A stretch of 30,710 nucleotides of DNA. It comes from a virus. Its lineage: Duplodnaviria > Caudoviricetes. The notes under the pieces were generated by a model, which was not told the DNA's origin, ran no database searches, and worked only from the letters and a program-made list of their open reading frames with translations. Of the stretch, positions 26,502-30,710 are shown in pieces (the stretch's first letter is position 1; each line of letters starts with the position of its first letter). Made by a program: the position numbers and the translations under genes. The stretch is taken from positions 1 to 30,710 of the IMG/VR virus record IMGVR_UViG_3300023214_000180; one strand, 5' to 3'.

Positions 26502-26570
26502 ATGAAGGTTGAAATCAGACACCGCCAAACCGGCGAGGTCATCTACACCACTGAAATCGAGGCTGACTAG
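26502..26570 (+). pseudogene. 22-codon paralogous N-terminal fragment of a pentapeptide-repeat gene
   Basis: GGAGG SD, then MKVEIRHRQTGEVIYTTEIEAD-TAG, similar to the start of the upstream ORF; not in the ORF track. Confidence 0.6.
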
Positions 26571-26573
26571 GAA

Positions 26574-26804
26574 ATGCGAAAGTTAGCGCCGGCCAAGGTG
26601 GCCGAAATCGGGCGGCTACTGTTCGGCGATCGTTGGAAGCATCCCATGTCCGAAGCGTTCGGCGTCCACAAGAATACGCCCCATAACTGGGAGCGCAGCG
26701 GCGCAGATCGAAACGCCTTCCTGGGCCACGTCGCGCTCGAACTCGCCAAGCGGGACGAGATCAGCCAACGGCTGAGGGACTTCCTGATTGACGAAATGTG
26801 CTGA
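26574..26804 (+). CDS. Small HTH DNA-binding protein
   Basis: 'IGRLLFGDRWKHPMSEAFGVHKNTPHNWERSG' HTH-like pattern. Confidence 0.65.
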   Translation: MRKLAPAKVAEIGRLLFGDRWKHPMSEAFGVHKNTPHNWERSGADRNAFLGHVALELAKRDEISQRLRDFLIDEMC

Positions 26805-26869
26805 GAGTCCGAGAGAGCGCCGTGTGTGCGTATTGCGGTGTCAGGGCGGGCACACCCCGTAGAAGGCGC

Positions 26870-27310
26870 TCACGCCGCCTCAGCGGCGCTCTGTGCGCCT
26901 AATGAGGCGTCTGCAGCGCGCCACCCCTCCAGCCAACGCTCCGCGCGGTCGCCGCCGTAGGGGCAGTCCGACTCCGGAAGGTTCCGCGTCCTTGCGTAGA
27001 AACCGTCCTCGCGGGCCGCTTCGTCGAGCTGGTCGGGAAGCGCTACCGTGGACTCCGCCATTGTGACGAGATCGATTTGCGCCGGGGCGTGAATGGCCGC
27101 GAGGATCTTCGCCGTCTCCTGCTGGCGCCGGATCATGTCGTCATGGTCCAGCGTCACCAGCCGCATCGCCTCGCGGATCGCCTTGGGATTGATTCCCGCG
27201 GCCTGCGCCGCCTTGTAAGCGGCCTTGAGATTGGCGCGCTCGGCGTCCACCCGCTGCTTGGCGGTAATGACAGCGTTCATGTGATGGAGGATGACTCCGT
27301 CGTCCGTCAC
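26870..27310 (-). CDS. GapR/DUF2312-like N-domain fused to an RMF-like C-terminal motif
   Basis: GTG overlapping the upstream TGA, with GGAGGT SD; 'LKAAYKAAQAAGINPKAIREAMRL' and 'AREDGFYA...DCPY...WLEGW'. Confidence 0.6.
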   Translation of the reverse strand: MTDDGVILHHMNAVITAKQRVDAERANLKAAYKAAQAAGINPKAIREAMRLVTLDHDDMIRRQQETAKILAAIHAPAQIDLVTMAESTVALPDQLDEAAREDGFYARTRNLPESDCPYGGDRAERWLEGWRAADASLGAQSAAEAA

Positions 27311-27678
27311 GCCGCCGACCTCCGGATGCGGATCACCGAGCGGATCAACTGCTGCGTCTCCGGCGATTCCCCGGACCGCGGCGCGTATCTCGCCGCCACA
27401 GGCTCCGGGGCGTGGACCCGATCGGTCAGGCCCCGCGCCTCGACTCGGGGCACCAGCACCAGCGCCATCCCGAGCGCCTCCAGGAGCCAGTCCATCGACG
27501 GCGTCATCTGGAAGGCGCGTTTGCCCCACGGCTTGTCCGCGTTCTCGATCTTTGTGACGTGGCCCCGTGAGAGGCCGACGATCTCGTCGAGCGCCTCGCC
27601 GGTGAGGCCAAGCTCCTCCCGGCGCTCTTTAAGCGCCCGCTGCATCTCGGTCTCGCTCGTCACCATCAGGGGCTTCAC
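27307..27678 (-). CDS. XRE-family HTH protein
   Basis: 'LKERREELGLTGEALDEIVGLSRGHVTKIEN...LLEALGMALVLVP'. Confidence 0.8.
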   Translation of the reverse strand: MKPLMVTSETEMQRALKERREELGLTGEALDEIVGLSRGHVTKIENADKPWGKRAFQMTPSMDWLLEALGMALVLVPRVEARGLTDRVHAPEPVAARYAPRSGESPETQQLIRSVIRIRRSAA

Positions 27679-27989
27679 TGGTCCCTCCCCATGTGACGCT
27701 CAAACGGCCGGGCTTCCCGTCCCCGGCGTCGCCGATTGCGGCTCTGCCCCTTCACGCCGCCGTTATGAACCCGGCCGCTGCGTTTCATCGCCGTCGTTAC
27801 GACGCCGTCAGACACCACGAACTCGACGCCCTCGACGCTAACCCGCGTCGCCCCGGCCCTGATCGCCGCGTGAACGGCAGGCGTCAGGATTTCCTCGCGC
27901 ACCGCATCCACGTCCAGGCCCTTCACCCGCTGCAGGTAGCGAAGCACCGCGTGATCCGACACTTGGGGAGGCTTCCGGCTCTTAGCCAT
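27675..27989 (-). CDS. Conserved phage hypothetical protein
   Basis: 'VSDHAVLRYLQRVKGLDVDAVREEI...VVSDGVVTT'; GGGAG SD; GTGA coupling to the next gene. Confidence 0.7.
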   Translation of the reverse strand: MAKSRKPPQVSDHAVLRYLQRVKGLDVDAVREEILTPAVHAAIRAGATRVSVEGVEFVVSDGVVTTAMKRSGRVHNGGVKGQSRNRRRRGREARPFERHMGRDQ

Positions 27990-28074
27990 CCGACTCCCTG
28001 TCCTTGTCGGCCTGTGTGATCGCCCGCCGCAGCCGCCGGCGGTGGCGGTTGGATCTCATCGCATCCATCGGCAT
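27982..28074 (-). CDS. 30-aa arginine-rich peptide
   Basis: TGATG-coupled ATG at 28074; MPMDAMRSNRHRRRLRRAITQADKDRESDG; the stop overlaps the next start; fills the gap exactly. Confidence 0.5.
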   Translation of the reverse strand: MPMDAMRSNRHRRRLRRAITQADKDRESDG

Positions 28075-28952
28075 CAGCCCGCGCCTCCCACGACTTTCGG
28101 CTTAAAAGGGAGCGGCGGGTCGCCGCTCTCTCCGGTCACGCGCTTCCAGCGCTCGTGCAGCGAGCTCGACGGATCGTCCGGCCGAGCCCCCCAATCTTCC
28201 TTCCAATAGCCGCGATCGAAGCTTTTCAGACGGAATTCGTCCTGGCCGAGCGTCTCCGCCCCGCCATCCCCCTCGAAACTCTCCCAACGACGGTATTTCA
28301 GATAGCGCTCGGCGTGCAGGAACTTCGTCTCCGCCTCGCGGCAATGGCGGCCATAGGGCCCGAGCCCGTCCAATGCCGCTTCGCGCTCCGCTTCTTCCAG
28401 CAGCTCCCATTCGGCCAGAGCGCGCCATTTGGTGTTGTTCTTCTTGTCCGGGTAGGCGCCCCAGAAGCGCTCGAAGTCCGGCGGGTACCGCCGCGGCGGA
28501 CCGGTGCGCTTGCGAGCGGTCCGATGGTCATCGGACTTCAAGGAATCTTCTTCTTCCTCTGTTTCTTTCTCTAACAAAGGCGGGTCGTTGTTTTTCAATA
28601 TCTTACCGGAATTTTCTGCATGGGTTTTTGCCGACATTCCGTCGGGTTTTTGCCGAGTTTTCCGCGCGTTTTTGATCTCTTTGAGCACGCGGGGCTTGGT
28701 GAGACGTCCATCTGACGTCATCTCCATGCGACCCTCGTCCAGCCACTCGGCGACCCTTTTGCGGGCATGCTGGACGGAGCAATTAAGGATGTGGCGGAGC
28801 TTCTTCGGGTCGGCGGGGGCGTGGCCGTCGCGCTGGTACATGAACAGAAGGACGCGCCAGTAGTCGCCAAACTGATGGCCGTCCATGTCAGAGCAGGAGG
28901 CCAACGCCGCCCCGGGAAAGCAGCGGAACCACGGAAGATCGGTCTCGCTCAT
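28074..28952 (-). CDS. Replication initiator-like protein (DUF1376/YdaU N-domain)
   Basis: 'LPWFRCFPG...FGDYWRVLLFMY' N-domain, basic linker, 'FERFWGAYP' and 'FLHAERYL...RWE' C-domain; adjacent to DnaB. Confidence 0.8.
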   Translation of the reverse strand: MSETDLPWFRCFPGAALASCSDMDGHQFGDYWRVLLFMYQRDGHAPADPKKLRHILNCSVQHARKRVAEWLDEGRMEMTSDGRLTKPRVLKEIKNARKTRQKPDGMSAKTHAENSGKILKNNDPPLLEKETEEEEDSLKSDDHRTARKRTGPPRRYPPDFERFWGAYPDKKNNTKWRALAEWELLEEAEREAALDGLGPYGRHCREAETKFLHAERYLKYRRWESFEGDGGAETLGQDEFRLKSFDRGYWKEDWGARPDDPSSSLHERWKRVTGESGDPPLPFKPKVVGGAG

Positions 28953-30442
28953 GAGGCCCCTCCCCCGGACGGGTTCTCGAACCGCCCTGCGGGCATGCGA
29001 TTGTCAAACTTCGTCAGCGCCTCGTCGAAGGCGAGCTTGATGGTCCCGATCGGCCCATGGCGCTGCTTGCCGACGATGACCTCGGCGAGCGCGGCGCACC
29101 GGGACAGCTCCTCCTGCCAGTCGAGGTGCTCGGGCGTGTTCTCGGCCGGCTCCTGGCGGGCAAGGTAATAGGCCTCGCGGTAGACGAACATGACCACATC
29201 GGCGTCCTGCTCGATGGAGCCGGACTCGCGAAGATCGGAGAGCTGCGGGCGCTTGTCGTTGCGCTGCTCCACCTGGCGGGAGAGCTGCGAGAGCGCCAGG
29301 ATCGGAATGTCCAGCTCTTTGGCGAGGGCCTTGAGTCCTTGCGTGATCTCGCTGACCTCCTGCACCCGCCCGTCATTCTTCCGGCGCTCGCTCCCGGCGA
29401 TAAGCTGGAGGTAGTCGACGATCAGGACGTCGAGGCCGTGCGTGCGCTTCAGGCGCCGGGCCCGGGCCGCGATTGATGCGATGGAGATCCCGCCCGTGTC
29501 GTCGATGTGCAGCGGAATGGACTGCAGCTCTAACATGCCTTCGCGCAGGCGCTCGAACTCATCGGCGCGGACCTCGCCTCGCTTGAATCTATCCGACGGG
29601 GTGCCGATCCACTCGCAGACGATGCGCGCGGCCAATTGCTCGGCGCTCATCTCCAGCGACAGGAATCCGACGACGCCGCCGTCGACGGTCTTGCGCTCGC
29701 CCTCGGGGGTAATCTCGTAGTCATAGTTGCGAGCCAGCTTGAAGGCGATGTTGGTGGCCAGCGCCGTCTTGCCCATCGAGGGCCTGCCGGCGAGGATCAC
29801 CAGGTCGGACTTGTGCAGCCCGCCCAGCTTGCGGTCGAGATCGGTAAATCCGGTCTTCACGCCGGCGACGCGGCCCTCGCTCTCATAGGCGGCGGCGTAG
29901 GTCGCGGCGACCTCCGTGAGCGCGGCCTGGAAGGGCCGCCAGCCCTTGGATCGCCCCTCCGTGCCGATGACGTCGGAGAGTTTCGTCTCCGCGGCATCAA
30001 CCAGGTCGTCGGCGGAGCCTTCGAGGTCGGGCTCGTAGGCGTCCTCGGCGATCTCCAACCCCACCCGTATCAGCTCGCGCTTCAGGGCCAGGTCGCGGAT
30101 CAGCCGGGCGTATTCGGGGGCCGCGGCGGTCGGGTACGGCGCATCGGCGAGCGCCACGATGTACTCGACTCCGCCGATCTCCTGAAGTCCCTCATCCTGC
30201 TCGAGGCGCGTTTTGAGCGTGATCGGATCGGCGCGCTCGCCCCGGGCGATCATCTCCATGACGACCGCGTAGATGCGCCCGTGCACCGGGTCGTAGAAGT
30301 GGCGGGCCTTGAGGAAGTGCCCGACGCGGTGCGCGGCGTCGTTGTCCAGCAAAAGGCTGCCCAGGAACGCCTGCTCGGCGTCGAGATTGTGCGGGGCGCT
30401 CCGTTCGGCCTCAGCCGGGACAATATCGGTCTGGGCGCTCAT
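28949..30442 (-). CDS. dnaB: Replicative DNA helicase
   Basis: PHNLDAEQAFLG, Walker A AGRPSMGKT, SLEMSAEQL, IVDYLQL, LSQLSR, DLRESGSIEQDAD, KQRHGP. Confidence 0.97.
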   Translation of the reverse strand: MSAQTDIVPAEAERSAPHNLDAEQAFLGSLLLDNDAAHRVGHFLKARHFYDPVHGRIYAVVMEMIARGERADPITLKTRLEQDEGLQEIGGVEYIVALADAPYPTAAAPEYARLIRDLALKRELIRVGLEIAEDAYEPDLEGSADDLVDAAETKLSDVIGTEGRSKGWRPFQAALTEVAATYAAAYESEGRVAGVKTGFTDLDRKLGGLHKSDLVILAGRPSMGKTALATNIAFKLARNYDYEITPEGERKTVDGGVVGFLSLEMSAEQLAARIVCEWIGTPSDRFKRGEVRADEFERLREGMLELQSIPLHIDDTGGISIASIAARARRLKRTHGLDVLIVDYLQLIAGSERRKNDGRVQEVSEITQGLKALAKELDIPILALSQLSRQVEQRNDKRPQLSDLRESGSIEQDADVVMFVYREAYYLARQEPAENTPEHLDWQEELSRCAALAEVIVGKQRHGPIGTIKLAFDEALTKFDNRMPAGRFENPSGGGAS

Positions 30443-30710
30443 GAGGCCGCCCTCCTACCCTCTGGTGTGGCCAGCCAGCGTCCTGAATTCTCGTGGCGGA
30501 TCAGCCCTTCCTTCACGAGCGCCTGAACCGCCTGGCGGGCCTGGTATTCGAACATGCGCCCGATGCTGGCGATCTGGCCGACCGTGAGAGAGTCATGACC
30601 GGCGATGGCCTTCAGGGCTCGTCTGCGGGCCTGTGCGGTCGGCCAATCGCGGGTCGGCTCGATCTCCGTGACGCCGTTCTCCGCGATGAACTTTCGGACG
30701 AGGCCCTCGT
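30439..30710 (-). CDS. Partial winged-helix protein (5' end outside the window)
   Basis: Open frame ...LTVGQIASIGRMFEYQARQAVQALVKEGLIRHENSGRWLATPEGRRAAS ending in an ATGA overlap with dnaB. Confidence 0.65.
   Translation of the reverse strand, partial: EGLVRKFIAENGVTEIEPTRDWPTAQARRRALKAIAGHDSLTVGQIASIGRMFEYQARQAVQALVKEGLIRHENSGRWLATPEGRRAAS

Larger units (their letters stand above)
1..30710 (-). mobile_element. Podovirus-type phage/prophage segment (BPP-1-like head genes, T7-like tail/ejection gene order), probable alphaproteobacterial host
   Basis: Contiguous co-oriented genes for terminase, portal, scaffold, capsid, adaptor, nozzle, ejection proteins and fibres, plus DnaB and an initiator. 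No tape measure or sheath gene, and no flanking host genes in the window. Confidence 0.95.

Noticed and set aside
26812-26871. GAGCGCC/GGCGCTC inverted repeat between convergent genes, and a weak hairpin at 3661-3685
   Set aside because: Long or imperfect loops and no U tract; insufficient to call terminators.
1-30710. Stop-codon recoding, CRISPR array, tRNA, integrase/att site
   Set aside because: TAG, TGA and TAA all end genes at coupled junctions. No regular repeat-spacer array, cloverleaf or recombinase motif was seen.

Overview
The whole window is bacteriophage or prophage DNA. It is a high-GC podovirus-type genome segment, most likely infecting an alphaproteobacterium, with almost all genes on the - strand. 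From right to left it carries: a replication module (winged-helix protein, host-like DnaB helicase, DUF1376/YdaU-like initiator); small regulators (XRE HTH, GapR-like/RMF-like fusion); a short + strand island (truncated pentapeptide-repeat genes and an HTH); terminase small subunit; a ~0.5 kb non-coding skewed and structured region; terminase large subunit; portal, scaffold, BPP-1-like major capsid and cement proteins; tail adaptor and nozzle; three ejection proteins; a five-gene modular tail fibre/tailspike system; and the start of a probable lysis module. The most notable pattern not explained by the ORFs is a repeated late-promoter-like motif, (G)GTGCGTT(G/T), in front of seven late gene blocks. 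It has a T at a fixed downstream position, and in three cases an ATG lies exactly 35 nt downstream, implying leaderless mRNAs. No integrase, reverse transcriptase, CRISPR array, tRNA or rRNA was seen. All product calls come from motif recognition and gene order, not database searches.
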